A stretch of 63,992 bases of DNA, filler included, from Vicugna vicugna (GCA_013265495.1; 77 parts of 77 records of this genome joined end to end with filler, not necessarily neighbours in it); one strand, 5' to 3'. Numbered from the whole stretch's first letter, positions 49,527 through 63,225 are shown. Translations and numbers: made by a program. The notes: generated by a model not told the origin, from the sequence alone.

Positions 49527-50239
49527 TTTGGCCGCGATGTGAGTTAAGGTGGGGTTGGGCACTAAACTAAAATAATAGCGAGTGCATCTCTATGAGCAGT
49601 GGAAGTGTTTACCTACATGCCCAACCTGGGAACACCTGTGATCCAATAAATAAACGTGGACATTGTTTCCCCACCTCCAGGACACACATGAAGAACTTTT
49701 CTGCTATCCTGAGTGTGGGGAGGCTCCTCCAAGTGACAGCAGCACCTGAGATCTAATAGAATCACTTGTCTTGAATTCACTGAGAGTTTCCATAGGCCGG
49801 GCTGTGAGCGAAGTTGTGGGTGGACACTAAACCAAAGTAATAGCGAGTGCCTCTCTATGAGCAGTGAAAGTGTTTAACAACATCCCCAAACTTGGTACAC
49901 CTGTGAACCATAAAGCTGCGTGGAATCTTTTTCCCCACCACCAACACACACACGGAGACGTGTTCAGGTATCCTGATTGTGGGGAGGCTCCTCCAAATGA
50001 CAGCAGCGCCTGGGTTCTAATAGAATCCCTTAGCTTGCCTTCCCTGATGACATGCCTAGGCTGGAGAGTGGGGGAAATTGTGGGTTGGGCTCTAAACCAA
50101 TTATTAGCGGGAGCCTATGCATGGGATGTGGGTTTTTAACCTACAACCCACAACCATGGAATAAATGTGCCCCCTGAAAGATGCTTTGACTCTTTCCCTA
50201 CATCCAGCACACACAGGAAGAATTTTTCGGGGTACTTGA
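49527..50239 (-). repeat. Diverged ~265-bp satellite
   Basis: TAGCGAGTGC-type motif recurs at ~265-nt spacing. Confidence 0.88.
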
Positions 50240-50339
50240 NNNNNNNNNNNNNNNNNNNNNNNNNNNNNNNNNNNNNNNNNNNNTTAATTAATTAANNNNN
50301 NNNNNNNNNNNNNNNNNNNNNNNNNNNNNNNNNNNNNNN

Positions 50340-51034
50340 TCGTTTTAGAGCCCAACCTCTAATTTCCCCCACACTCCTGGCAGGGCAAGCCATCAGGGAA
50401 GACAATATAAGGAATTGTATAGAACCCGGGTGCTGCTGTCACTTGGAGGAACTTCCCAATACTCAGGAGTCCAGAGAATCTCTTGTGTGCAGGGGAGGTG
50501 TGGAGACCCAGTCCACGCANNNNNNNNNNNNNNNNNNNNNNNNNNNNNNNNNNNNNNNNNNNNNNNNNNNNNNNNNNNNNNNNNNNNNNNNNNNNNNNNN
50601 NNNNNNNNNNNNNNNNNNNNNNNNNNNNNNNNNNNNNNNNNNNNNNNNNNNNNNNNNNNNNNNNNNNNNNNNNNNNNNNNNNNNNNNNNNNNNNNNNNNN
50701 NNNNNNNNNGCTGCTGCCAGTTGGAGGAGACTCCCCACACTCAGGATTCCTGAACAATTCTTTGTGTGTGTGCTGGTGTTGGGGATACATAGTCCACACA
50801 ACTTTATGGGGGCACAGGTGTTCCCTGGGAGGGAATGTACTTTAAACACCTCCACTGCCCATAGAGAGGCACTCGCTATTACTTGGCTTTAGAGCCCAAC
50901 CAACCCGCACCTTCGCCCCCAGCCCGTCCATGGAAAACTCTCAGGGAAGTCAACCTAAGGGATCCGATTAGATCCCAGAAGCTGCTGTGAGTTGGAGGTG
51001 CCTCCACACACTCATGATACCAGAACACTTTTTC
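50340..51034 (+). repeat. Diverged ~265-bp satellite
   Basis: 50710-51034 is colinear with the 267-bp consensus. Confidence 0.85.
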
Positions 51035-51948
51035 NNNNNNNNNNNNNNNNNNNNNNNNNNNNNNNNNNNNNNNNNNNNTTAATTAATTAANNNNNNNNNN
51101 NNNNNNNNNNNNNNNNNNNNNNNNNNNNNNNNNNCCCTCAGAGGGAAATGCTCAGTTTGAAATGGCCTTGACCCCTGCACAGTGAGGACAGGACAAGCGG
51201 CTGTCACTTAGAGTGGTGTTGGGGGAGGCACTGGACTGTGATGAAGCTTTCTGCTGGGGTTCTCCAGGACATCAGAGAGGGTCTGTTCCTGGGCTGGGGC
51301 CCTGGATTGGGGGCTGGCGGCTACATTAGGTCCCACATTGAGTGCAGGGGAGCGTGTGCTGCAGCTGGGGCTGAGGCTCAGGTGAGATTTCAGGTCCCAC
51401 TGCCACCCTGCCGTCAGGCTGAGCGGGCACCCTCCCAGGTATGTGATTGGCCTTGGTACCTTGGTCCCCGGTCTCTGTCCCCAAACGTTGATGAGGAAAC
51501 CAGGGCAGGTGTCTGCCCACCACCAAGACTGCCCCTAGAATGGCCATCCAGAGGCAAGGCAAAAGAACGGGATTCCCAGTGATAGGGGCCAAGTGCAAGT
51601 TTGCCCAGTACTGCTTGGTGGGGCAGCATCATGAGTTAGCAAGTTGCATCCTCAGAGGAATGAACATTTGGCACTGAAGAGCCCCCACAGGGCCGCCTCT
51701 GGTGACCCAGCATCCCCAACCGGCCTTTCCCCACCTGGGGTCCCCTCCTGCCTCATCTCTGGGTAAACCAGCAGGTCCAGCTCTTAACCCTTGTGCTGAG
51801 TGTGTGAAGCCTCACTGCCACCTTGCAGATGGGGACACTGAGGCTGGGNNNNNNNNNNNNNNNNNNNNNNNNNNNNNNNNNNNNNNNNNNNNTTAATTAA
51901 TTAANNNNNNNNNNNNNNNNNNNNNNNNNNNNNNNNNNNNNNNNNNNN

Positions 51949-52472
51949 GGGGGAAAGAAAAGGCCCCAGTTCTTGACTTACCCGAAAGATAAGCATTCAC
52001 ATGGGAGATGAATGTATTGTGCAGTGAAATATTTTATTAGGAAAGGTGAAGTACCCCTCCAAGAACAGGAGGCAGGCTGATCCAAGTGCAGACAGCAATG
52101 GTCCTTGCTCCCTTCTCTTGTACCCTCACTTAGAGGTGGTCTTTTGATTGATTGATGGCTCTTGCCCCTGGAGTGATCAGTCATGTTTGTCCCGTTTTGT
52201 GAATGCCCTTATCCATGATGAACACAGAAAAACCCACGGAGGGGCCTGAACCTCAATACTAATTATATTACAATGAGCACTGGGTCTTGTCCGGTTAGGT
52301 TCTTGAGTCACTACCATTCCAGCCAATTAGCTCTAACTAGTTTCTTGCTGGCACTCACTTAAAAGAAGTAAAGTCCCTTTATGCTGGAAGCAGGCATGCC
52401 ACCATCTTCCGGACCATGGTCCCTCTCCTCCACCTGTCTGCCTCATGCCCCTGCTTATCTAAATACCTAACA
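51949..52472 (-). mobile_element. Probable ERV1-type LTR, 5' portion
   Basis: Minus strand begins TGTTAGGTATTTAGATAAGC with U3-like composition; family not assigned. Confidence 0.45.
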
Positions 52473-52649
52473 CTTCCAGTGCTCTGGAATAGGTGAGGGA
52501 TTGACAGTGTCTTGTCTGTCTGGAGGCTCATGCCAGCGTTCCTCAAATTNNNNNNNNNNNNNNNNNNNNNNNNNNNNNNNNNNNNNNNNNNNNTTAATTA
52601 ATTAANNNNNNNNNNNNNNNNNNNNNNNNNNNNNNNNNNNNNNNNNNNN

Positions 52650-53827
52650 TTCAAAACTTTGTTCTTTTTCAAGATTGTTTTGACTATTTTGGGTTTCTTG
52701 CATTTCCATGTTAGTTTTAAGATCAGCTTGTTCATTTCTGCCAAAAAGCCAGAGCTCCATTGAATGTATAGGTCATTTTGAGGACAATGGCCATCCTAAC
52801 AATAATAAGGCTTCTGATCCATGAACACAGAAGAGCTTTCCATTTATTTTAGGTCATATTTAACTTCTATCAGTAGTATTTTAGTTTTCAATATACAAGT
52901 TTCAGAATATTTTTCTCAGTATTCCACATATTTTTCTTAATATTACTAATTATTTTATTCTTTTTGATGCTATTGTAAATGAAGAGGTTTCCTTCATTTT
53001 ATTTTTAGATTATTCACTGCTGTTGAATAGAAATATAATTACTTTTTATATATTGCTTTGTGTCTTACAATTTTGGTCAGACTGGGTTATTAATTCTAAG
53101 AGGATTTTTTTCTATTCTCTCTATTTTTCCTTTGTGGATTCCTTGTGATTTCAATATATAATATCATGTCATCTGGAATCGAAACAGTTTTATTTCTTTC
53201 TTTCTAATCTAGAGGCTTTATTTTCTTTGTCTGNNNNNNNNNNNNNNNNNNNNNNNNNNNNNNNNNNNNNNNNNNNNNNNNNNNNNNNNNNNNNNNNNNN
53301 NNNNNNNNNNNNNNNNNNNNNNNNNNNNNNNNNNNNNNNNNNNNNNNNNNNNNNNNNNNNNNNNNNNNNNNNNNNNNNNNNNNNNNNNNNNNNNNNNNNN
53401 NNNNNNNNNNNNNNNNNNNNNNNNNNNNNNNNNNNNNNNNNNNNNNNNNNNNNNNNNNNNNNNNNNNNNNNNNNNNNNNNNNNNNNNNNNNNNNNNNNNN
53501 NNNNNNNNNNNNNNNNNNNNNNNNNNNNNNNNNNNNNNNNNNNNNNNNNNNNNNNNNNNNNNNNNNNNNNNNNNNNNNNNNNNNNNNNNNNNNNNNNNNN
53601 NNNNNNNNNNNNNNGAATGAAATGTGTGCCCACCTCTTTATTTTCAGACGAATTTGTGAAGCATTTTTTGTTTGTTTTTGTTTTTGTTTTTTCATTAAGT
53701 ATTTGATGGAATTCACTAGCAAATCCATACGGGCCTAACATTTCTTTCTGTGAATGTTTTGGATTTCTATTTCAGTCACTATTTACTGTAGGAATATTTG
53801 AGTTTTCTATTTCTCCTTGAATTAGCT
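52650..53827 (-). mobile_element. Old degenerate LINE-1 ORF2 fragment
   Basis: Same element as 2764-3249 on the opposite strand, plus flanking ORF2 remnants. Confidence 0.88.
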
Positions 53828-53927
53828 NNNNNNNNNNNNNNNNNNNNNNNNNNNNNNNNNNNNNNNNNNNNTTAATTAATTAANNNNNNNNNNNNNNNNN
53901 NNNNNNNNNNNNNNNNNNNNNNNNNNN

Positions 53928-54354
53928 TTACTCAGGGAAGTTAACCTAATGGATCCAATTAGATCCCAGGTGTTGCTGTCAGCTTCAGAAGCCTCCCCAC
54001 AATCAGGATACCAGAAAACTTCGTGTGTGTGCTGGAAGTGGGTAAACAAAGCACACACATTTTTCAGGGGCCACAGTAATTCCCAGGTTGTGGGTTGTAG
54101 TTTAAACATCTCCACTACCCATGGATACTTGGTTTTTGAGCCCAAATCCCACTTTCAACCACACTCTGGCCTAGGCAAACCATCAGGGAAGACAAGCAAA
54201 GGGATTCTATTAAAACCAAGACGCTGATGTCTCTTGGAGAAACTACCCCACCCTCAGGATTCTGGAACCCAACCTTGTGTGGTGGGGATGCGTGGAGCCA
54301 TAATCTACGCAGATGAATGGGTGCTCAGGGGTTTCCTTTTAGGGAGAAGTCCTC
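53928..54354 (+). repeat. Diverged ~265-bp satellite
   Basis: 54030-54125 matches the reverse complement of 23955-24050. Confidence 0.85.
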
Positions 54355-54454
54355 NNNNNNNNNNNNNNNNNNNNNNNNNNNNNNNNNNNNNNNNNNNNTT
54401 AATTAATTAANNNNNNNNNNNNNNNNNNNNNNNNNNNNNNNNNNNNNNNNNNNN

Positions 54455-54760
54455 CCAGAAAGAGAAAGAAAAATACCATGTGATATCACACATATGTGGT
54501 ATCTAAAAAAAAAGGAAAAAAAAAAAGAAAGAAAGGAAAAAGAGGACACTAAAGAACTCATCTACAAAACAGAAGGACCCACAGACAGTGTAAACAATCT
54601 TATGGGAAGGGATGAATTTCAGACTTTGAGATATGCAAATGTTAACCACTATATATAAAGCTAGATTTAAAAAGCAGATTTCCCCTGTAAAGTGCAGGAA
54701 ACTATATTCAATATCTTGTAATAACCTTAAGTGAAAAAGAATATGAAAACAAACAAAAAA
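54455..54760 (+). mobile_element. LINE-1 3' UTR fragment
   Basis: CCAGAAAGAGAAAGAAAAATACCATGTGATATCAC...AACTATATTCAATATCTTGTAATAACC. Confidence 0.85.
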
Positions 54761-55132
54761 ATCAAGTAGATGGGACTCTTCCGGATGCTAAACCCATGTC
54801 TTGACTATTGAAATCTTCCTCTTCAAGAAGAGCAGAGAACTTGTTCCCAAGAGTTGGTTGTCTGCCTCCCATCCTTGTGTGGACCAACTGTGAGCATGCT
54901 GTCAGCTGTTTTGTTGGGGTCCTCTCAATCCAAACCAACTGACAGAGCTGGGAACACAGGTGGATAGTTTTCATTGTTGGAGGTGATGCCTCACTACACA
55001 TCTTGTGAAGCGAAGGGGCAGATTTCTCTCTCNNNNNNNNNNNNNNNNNNNNNNNNNNNNNNNNNNNNNNNNNNNNTTAATTAATTAANNNNNNNNNNNN
55101 NNNNNNNNNNNNNNNNNNNNNNNNNNNNNNNN

Positions 55133-56234
55133 CTCCTGTGAACTTTGAGGTGCAGGTATCTTTTGGAATTAAGGTACACTCTGTATATATGCCCAGGAGT
55201 GGGATTGCTGGATTAGGTGGTAAGTTTTTTTTTTTTTTTTNNNNNNNNNNNNNNNNNNNNNNNNNNNNNNNNNNNNNNNNNNNNNNNNNNNNNNNNNNNN
55301 NNNNNNNNNNNNNNNNNNNNNNNNNNNNNNNNNNNNNNNNNNNNNNNNNNNNNNNNNNNNNNNNNNNNNNNNNNNNNNNNNNNNNNNNNNNNNNNNNNNN
55401 NNNNNNNNNNNNNNNNNNNNNNNNNNNNNNNNNNNNNNNNNNNNNNNNNNNNNNNNNNNNNNNNNNNNNNNNNNNNNNNNNNNNNNNNNNNNNNNNNNNN
55501 NNNNNNNNNNNNNNNNNNNNNNNNNNNNNNNNNNNNNNNNNNNNNNNNNNNNNNNNNNNNNNNNNNNNNNNNNNNNNNNNNNNNNNNNNNNNNNNNNNNN
55601 NNNNNNNNNNNNNNNNNNNNNNNNNNNNNNNNNNNNNNNNNNNNNNNNNNNNNNNNNNNNNNNNNNNNNNNNNNNNNNNNNNNNNNNNNNNNNNNNNNNN
55701 NNNNNNNNNNNNNNNNNNNNNNNNNNNNNNNNNNNNNNNNNNNNNNNNNNNNNNNNNNNNNNNNNNNNNNNNNNNNNNNNNNNNNNNNNNNNNNNNNNNN
55801 NNNNNNNNNNNNNNNNNNNNNNNNNNNNNNNNNNNNNNNNNNNNNNNNNNNNNNNNNNNNNNNNNNNNNNNNNNNNNNNNNNNNNNNNNNNNNNNNNNNN
55901 NNNNNNNNNNNNNNNNNNNNNNNNNNNNNNNNNNNNNNNNNNNNNNNNNNNNNNNNNNNNNNNNNNNNNNNNNNNNNNNNNNNNNNNNNNNNNNNNNNNN
56001 NNNNNNNNNNNNNNNNNNNNNNNNNNNNNNNNNNNNNNNNNNNNNNNNNNNNNNNNNNNNNNNNNNNNNNNNNNNNNNNNNNNNNNNNNNNNNTTTTTTT
56101 TTTTTACATCTTTATGTTTATCCTCTTGTAACTCGTTATTGCATTTCCAACTATGGTTTTCCTGTTTCTAGAGCATCCTGCTTCCTTTGTGTTTAGAATA
56201 GAAACTTTTAATGTCTCTGTTAGGTTCAATATTG
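55133..56234 (-). mobile_element. LINE-1 fragments either side of a gap
   Basis: ATATATGCCCAGGAGTGGGATTGCTGGAT is antisense L1 ORF2; the right-hand piece is less certain. Confidence 0.7.
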
Positions 56235-56334
56235 NNNNNNNNNNNNNNNNNNNNNNNNNNNNNNNNNNNNNNNNNNNNTTAATTAATTAANNNNNNNNNN
56301 NNNNNNNNNNNNNNNNNNNNNNNNNNNNNNNNNN

Positions 56335-57007
56335 ACCCTCAGGGGAGACGAGCTTAGGCTTTCCGTTAGATCCCATGCGTTGACGATCGTTGGTGGAACC
56401 TCCCCACGCTCACGATTCCGGAACCATTGTCAGTGCGTGGGGGAGCTCGAGAGACAACTCCACGCAGCTCTCTTCAGTCACAGGTGTTCCCAGTTCGGGG
56501 AAGTCCCAGAAATACCTTCCCTGANNNNNNNNNNNNNNNNNNNNNNNNNNNNNNNNNNNNNNNNNNNNNNNNNNNNNNNNNNNNNNNNNNNNNNNNNNNN
56601 NNNNNNNNNNNNNNNNNNNNNNNNNNNNNNNNNNNNNNNNNNNNNNNNNNNNNNNNNNNNNNNNNNNNNNNNNNNNNNNNNNNTTTTCAGTGCGTGGGGG
56701 AGCACGAGAGACAACTCCACGCAGCTCTCTTCAGTCACAGGTGTTCCCTGTTCGGGGAAGTCTGAGAAATACCTTCCCTGACCTTGGGGAGGCAGCCTCT
56801 CTCACTGGGATTACCTGTAACCCCCCCTAGCATTCCCTGGCAAAGGGACATGAGGAAAACCCTCAGGGGAGACGAGCACAGGCATTCCGTTAGGACACAA
56901 GCGCTGCCGACCTTTGGTGGAACCTCACCACGCTCAGGATTCCGGAAGCATTGTCATTTATTGGGGAGCTTGAGAGACAACTCCACGCGGCTCTCTTCAG
57001 TCACAGG
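56335..57007 (+). repeat. 267-bp satellite
   Basis: Tandem monomers. Confidence 0.95.
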
Positions 57008-57107
57008 NNNNNNNNNNNNNNNNNNNNNNNNNNNNNNNNNNNNNNNNNNNNTTAATTAATTAANNNNNNNNNNNNNNNNNNNNNNNNNNNNNNNNNNNNN
57101 NNNNNNN

Positions 57108-57896
57108 ACAATTTAGAATATACAATGTAGAACAAAGAATATAGAATATAGATTAGTGAATATAGAACCCCGAATTTAGAACATGGAATGCAGAAAACAG
57201 AATTTAGAATATAGAATACAGAATACTGAATATAGAATTTAGAATACGGAATGTAGAACACAGAATATAGAATATAGAATACGGAATGTCGAATATAGAA
57301 TTTAGAATATAGAATGATGAACCCAAAATCTGGAATATAGAATAGAGAATATAGAACCCAGAATTAAGAACATGGAATGTAGAAAACAGAATTTAGAATA
57401 TAGAACACAGAATACTGAATATCGAATTTAGAATATAGAATGTATAACACAGAATTTGGAATGTAGAATACGGAATGCAGAATATTGAATACAGAATATA
57501 GAATGTAGAACACAGAATTTAGAATATAGAGTATAGAATACTGAATAGAGAATTTACAATATAGAATGTAGACCACAGAATATAGAATACAGAATACAGA
57601 ATATAGAAACCAAAATTTAGAACATGGAATGCAGAATGGAGAATTTAGAATATAGAATACCGAATACAAATATAGAATATGAATATACAATATAGAACAC
57701 AGAATTTAGAATATAGAATACAGAANNNNNNNNNNNNNNNNNNNNNNNNNNNNNNNNNNNNNNNNNNNNNNNNNNNNNACGGAATGCATAGAATACAGAA
57801 GATAAAATATAGAACACAAAATATAGAAATTGGAATACTGATTACAAAACGCAGAATTGAGAACATGGAATGAAGAACACTGAATTTAGAATATAG
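57108..57896 (+). repeat. Heptamer satellite
   Basis: Anchor at 57178, 57367 and 57619 (189 and 252 nt). Confidence 0.95.
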
Positions 57897-59594
57897 NNNN
57901 NNNNNNNNNNNNNNNNNNNNNNNNNNNNNNNNNNNNNNNNTTAATTAATTAANNNNNNNNNNNNNNNNNNNNNNNNNNNNNNNNNNNNNNNNNNNNTGCA
58001 AAAGCCAATTACTTGCTTCTTATTATGATCTCTTTCCTCCCATGGAACCCAGCCCTAGAACAGAAATTTCAGCAGGAAAGAGAATAATGGAAGAGATGTT
58101 GGGTTGCATCCTTGGGATCAAGGTGTCAACAGTCATGGCTACGTCCTTGGAATCAAAGAGCCAGCTGCGGGAGAAACATCTGTTGTTCAACAGTTTGGCA
58201 CTTTCTTTTGATTGTTGGCAATCAACCAGGGTAGGAAAGCCTGTCTAATCACCTCTACCAAAATGAAAATCACAATTGCATGTCCAAAACTTGTTGAAAT
58301 AATTCACTTAATAGAAGATACGAGAACAATCTAGCCATACATTTTACACAATGAGGAAGTCAGAAACGCGGTAGCTAAGTCAAGAAGTGAAGTAGTNNNN
58401 NNNNNNNNNNNNNNNNNNNNNNNNNNNNNNNNNNNNNNNNTTAATTAATTAANNNNNNNNNNNNNNNNNNNNNNNNNNNNNNNNNNNNNNNNNNNNGTGT
58501 TTGGGAGGACAATTTGACCTGGTGGTGGCAGACACCTCTGTGAGGTGATGCTTAGACTTGTGAACAGGACAGCAGCTGTGTGCTTTGAGGCCAATGTGGA
58601 ACTGTACCATATCTCATCCGTCTCTGAATTTCTGTTACTTAGCATCACATTATATGCACAATACCTGTCAGGAAATAATTGTGGAGTAAGTGAACACATG
58701 CATTTGCTGTATTTCAGAAGACTTGGAGCTAAAGTGTACTAACTTGGAACTTGAATTGGCACTATTTTTCTGAATTAAAGTTTTTCTGAAAATTCCCTTA
58801 AGTAAAAGGAATTATTTATGAAGAAACTCAAGGATCAGCTTCCTAATCTCATATCTTCAATGTCTGAAAGGGTAAGAAAGGATCCCTCAATTTGCACGCT
58901 TTGCTTTTTTTCAACCGTGACTTCTAGTTGCTAAACTTCTGGAGATAAAGATGGTGAATTTCTTCGTGCAGGGGGGACGGTTTGCTGTCAAGGGGACATG
59001 ACTATCTTGCAAGGCCGGTGGTTTTGTCAGGACCCTGAATTGCCCAACATCTGTACCAGTGGAACAAAGAGCTGTCCTTCCTTCCATCTCCCTCGGGGTG
59101 TTGTCACTCCCACAGTCGGCATGTTCCAGTTCAGGTAAGCATCCTTCAGGACATGACACCCAACCTTCCCTCCTATGGTCAATGCGCTTCAGAGGGATGG
59201 AGGTATTACAGCAACGTTACACCACTGGTTTTTCACTCAGATCCATTTTATACCATTAATATTGGCATTGCGGTTTTGCTANNNNNNNNNNNNNNNNNNN
59301 NNNNNNNNNNNNNNNNNNNNNNNNNTTAATTAATTAANNNNNNNNNNNNNNNNNNNNNNNNNNNNNNNNNNNNNNNNNNNNGCTAGAAGCTACTTTAGAG
59401 ACACTTCCCCTCTTATAAGCAATAAGCAAACTGAGCTGCTATGTTTAACCTCCTTGAGAAAAGACCTGGGATCTCCATGAAGATGAAGAAAAGAGGGAAA
59501 AAATGAATTGTTACTTTATTGAAATTCCTCATTATGCTCTTTTGAGCCAAAGGAGCCCCTTAAAAACACACATTTTGATTGTATCTCATTTCAG

Positions 59595-59680
59595 CACTCA
59601 GCTCTGTTTGGTTCAGCCATCTACTTGAAGGCATCAAATATCATCAAAACTTCCCATTTCCACAGAGCATTTGAAACCCG
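59595..59680 (+). other. Candidate internal exon (one open frame: HSALFGSAIYLKASNIIKTSHFHRAFET)
   Basis: Acceptor TTGTATCTCATTTCAG and consensus donor CCG|GTAAGT; 86 nt. Confidence 0.4.
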
Positions 59681-60304
59681 GTAAGTTCATTAAATTGCAG
59701 TGATGTTATCAATTGTGAGATGAGCCAATTTAATTAATGTTTCTTGGGTTAATCTTCATAGTGGAAAATAATTTATATGTTTCCTTTAAAGAGATTCCTT
59801 TAAAGAGGACCAATATGACATATTATAATAGAATAATTATACGAAGATAATTTTATTACAAAGGAAACAAAATGCATCAGCTGAAGTAAATGCTAAAAGA
59901 AGCACCTAATAAACATCCAAGCTAAGTTACTACTGGCCATAATTCTGGAGTCTAAAATAAGCAAAATAATTCAAAAGTGGGCAATTTTTTTTCTATCATT
60001 TTGCTATACCAAAGCCAAACTGAAGAATAAAAATTCTTTAATATACATTAACTTTTTATATTCTTTGTATTTTGACTGCATATTATCACTTCATACAGTT
60101 AAAGAACCATAGAAATTTGTTACTCTACTAAGTAACAATATTTTATTTAAAATACTCTAATGAATCTTTAAAAGGGCCAGAGTTACTAAACAGTGAGTTA
60201 CTAANNNNNNNNNNNNNNNNNNNNNNNNNNNNNNNNNNNNNNNNNNNNTTAATTAATTAANNNNNNNNNNNNNNNNNNNNNNNNNNNNNNNNNNNNNNNN
60301 NNNN

Positions 60305-60728
60305 AATTCTTCCCTAGACATATGTAATTTGAATAGATTCCATCTAAATATTATTCTGTGTTCCGTATATGCTACATAAATGTTGGCTTTCACAAACATT
60401 CATTCCTGAGTTCAGAGCATGTGGATTACTAATATTTCATCCTCTATAAAAGGAATATTTTCATCTAGACACGTGTACACATTTTCACAACCTTTCCCTA
60501 ACACCAGGTTCGAATTCGTGCATTTTTCACAGAAAAATATTTCTGGAGCGATTTCCACCTAATAGGTATGTAATTTACATGAATTCCATCAACATGGCAT
60601 TCCGGGTTCCGTAACCGGGTTCCGTAGATGCTACATGCATGAAGGATTCGGCAATCATGCAGTTCTGACTTGTGAGCATGTTCATTAGAGACCTTTCACC
60701 CTCTGAACAAGGCGTATATAGACTTAGA
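60305..60728 (+). repeat. Trimeric ~740-bp satellite
   Basis: A then B subunit. Confidence 0.9.
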
Positions 60729-61280
60729 NNNNNNNNNNNNNNNNNNNNNNNNNNNNNNNNNNNNNNNNNNNNTTAATTAATTAANNNNNNNNNNNNNNNN
60801 NNNNNNNNNNNNNNNNNNNNNNNNNNNNCCTTCAGTGTGTCCATCCTAAGTAACCCCTGGCAGTCAGAGGGCGTGTGTGTTGCAATGACATGCATCATTC
60901 GCCATGCTCTCTGGGGTGTGTGCTTATATCAGCTCATCCAGGCTCAGGTGATGGCAGAGCAGAGAGTGGTGGCAAGAGGTCAGCCTTGAGTAGCAGGGAG
61001 CACCTGGAGTCAGCAGGGTCCCAAGTGGCTAGGAGTTCCAGGTGGAATTTCCAGGACTTCCCCACAGCTCATTCATTCAGCTAATACTTCTCCAGCACCT
61101 GTGATATGCTGGTGCTTCCTTTGTGAACAGAACCAATTCCCTGTCCTCATGAAGGTGACATTCTAGTGGACATAAGAAAAATAAATTCAGAAGCAGATTC
61201 AGGTCAGGACACATGAGTCCTTTCTACTTTGGAGTGCACAAGGTGAGATCCTTTGGGAAGGAATGTATGATACAGGATAA

Positions 61281-61414
61281 TGTGGGGGAGAGTATAGCTC
61301 TATCCCAGGTCTTTTTTGGGCCCCTGAGATGCACCTCGTGACGTGTGAGTCCCTGGTTTGCACAGGAAAGAATTCAAGAGAGAGCCACAGTTCAGTAAAT
61401 ATAGATTAATTCAG
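61281..61414 (-). mobile_element. Probable ERV1-type LTR, 3' end
   Basis: Minus strand GGCTCTCTCTTGAATTCTTTCCTGTGC is a U5-type motif; ends CCCCCACA. Confidence 0.55.
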
Positions 61415-62373
61415 NNNNNNNNNNNNNNNNNNNNNNNNNNNNNNNNNNNNNNNNNNNNTTAATTAATTAANNNNNNNNNNNNNNNNNNNNNNNNNNNNNN
61501 NNNNNNNNNNNNNNTTTGCCTCATGACAGTTTTGACTAGGACCTGCGACATCTCTGTCCATGGTTAATTCTCTCTACAAAGTCATTTAGGTTTTTTGCAG
61601 ACTCCTCCGCTAAGATGAAGGAATAGCCTCTTTAAACTTCTTGTTGCAGCTCCTTAATGAAGATCTTGCAAGGAAACCCAGCCAAAACCTGGGAGGTATG
61701 CACACAGTGGCTGCAACCTCAGCACTTTGTGAAGTTCAGAATCAGAGGGGTGGGTGACTCAGGAAAGGCTTTTTTAAGGTAACAAGGGGAAAGTGAAAGG
61801 ACGCAGGCTGTGTGAGAAAGAAACATCTCAGTCCCAGCCAGCAAGGCACCTGCGTTCTGGATGGTGTGTGGAGAGTGCAGATTTCTCACAAAGAAAGAAG
61901 TGGTGGGATGGGAGGGAGGACAGTTAGATATTTATTGGGGAGTAAAAACGTGGGCTGAACATTTCCTGGTTGAACAAGAGGATTGTGACTTGATGTGCTT
62001 GTATTTTGGAGAGAAGGGTTTTGTGGGGACAGGCTTAGGAGAACGCTCTCTGGCTGGGGAGTCAGCAAAACAGAGAAACACAGAGAACCGGGCAGAACCC
62101 AATGCCCTTGCTGGGGGAGAGGCTACTCGCCAATTGGAGCTCTGGAGGCTGCTTCTGTCCCTTAGCTGAGGCCTCAGAGTTCCCTTCAAAACCCAGTACT
62201 GTTGACACAAGAAAAAAAAACGGGGGGCTTGAGAAGGGCTGTGTCCCATGTTTTGGTTGAGGCCCTGGGATATGNNNNNNNNNNNNNNNNNNNNNNNNNN
62301 NNNNNNNNNNNNNNNNNNTTAATTAATTAANNNNNNNNNNNNNNNNNNNNNNNNNNNNNNNNNNNNNNNNNNN

Positions 62374-63125
62374 NGAGACAAGCTTAGGCATTCCGATAGA
62401 ACCCACGCGCTGCCGACCGATGGTGTAACCTCCGGAACCTCAGGATTCCGGAAACCTTGTCAGTGCGTGGGGGAGCTCGAGAGACAAATCCACGCAGCTC
62501 TCTTCAGTCACAGGTGTTCCCTGTTCGGGGAAGTCCGAGAAATACCTTCCCTGACCTTGGNNNNNNNNNNNNNNNNNNNNNNNNNNNNNNNNNNNNNNNN
62601 NNNNNNNNNNNNNNNNNNNNNNNNNNNNNNNNNNNNNNNNNNNNNNNNNNNNNNNNNNNNNNNNNNNNNNNNNNNNNNNNNNNNNNNNNNNNNNNNNNNN
62701 NNNNNNNNNNNNNNNNNNNNNNNNNNNNNNNNNNNNNNNNNNNNNNNNNNNNNNNNNNNNNNNNNNNNNNNNNNNNNNNNNNNNNNNNNNNNNNNNNNNN
62801 NNNNNNNNNNNNNNNNNNNNNNNNNNNNNNNNNNNNNNNNNNNNNNNNNNNNNNNNNNNNNNNNNNNNNNNNNNNNNNNNNNNNNNNNNNNNNNNNNNNN
62901 NNNNNNNNNNNNNNNNNNNNNNNNNNNNNNNNNNNNNNNNNNNNNNNNNNNNNNNNNNNNNNNNNNNNNNNNNNNNNNNNNNNNNNNNNNNNNNNNNNNN
63001 NNNNNNNNNNNNNNNNNNNNNNNNNNNNNNNNNNNNNNNNNNNNNNNNNNNNNNNNNNNNNNNNNNNNNNNNGAAATAGATTCCCTGTTCTTGGGGAGGC
63101 AGCCTCGGTCACTGGGATATCCTGC
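62374..63125 (+). repeat. 267-bp satellite
   Basis: Partial monomers either side of a gap. Confidence 0.93.
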
Positions 63126-63225
63126 NNNNNNNNNNNNNNNNNNNNNNNNNNNNNNNNNNNNNNNNNNNNTTAATTAATTAANNNNNNNNNNNNNNNNNNN
63201 NNNNNNNNNNNNNNNNNNNNNNNNN

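Larger units (their letters stand above)
670..63225. other. Artificial scaffold linkers N44-TTAATTAATTAA-N44 (76 copies; first 670-769, last ending 63225)
   Basis: Identical palindromic 12-mer with TAA in all six frames, flanked by N-runs (44+44 where counted), separating unrelated sequences. Confidence 0.98.

Noticed and set aside
714..63181. TTAATTAATTAA repeated with variable intervening sequence, superficially a CRISPR-like or recombination-site array
   Set aside because: Always centred in N-runs with stops in six frames: an assembly linker. No cas genes, and the DNA is mammalian.
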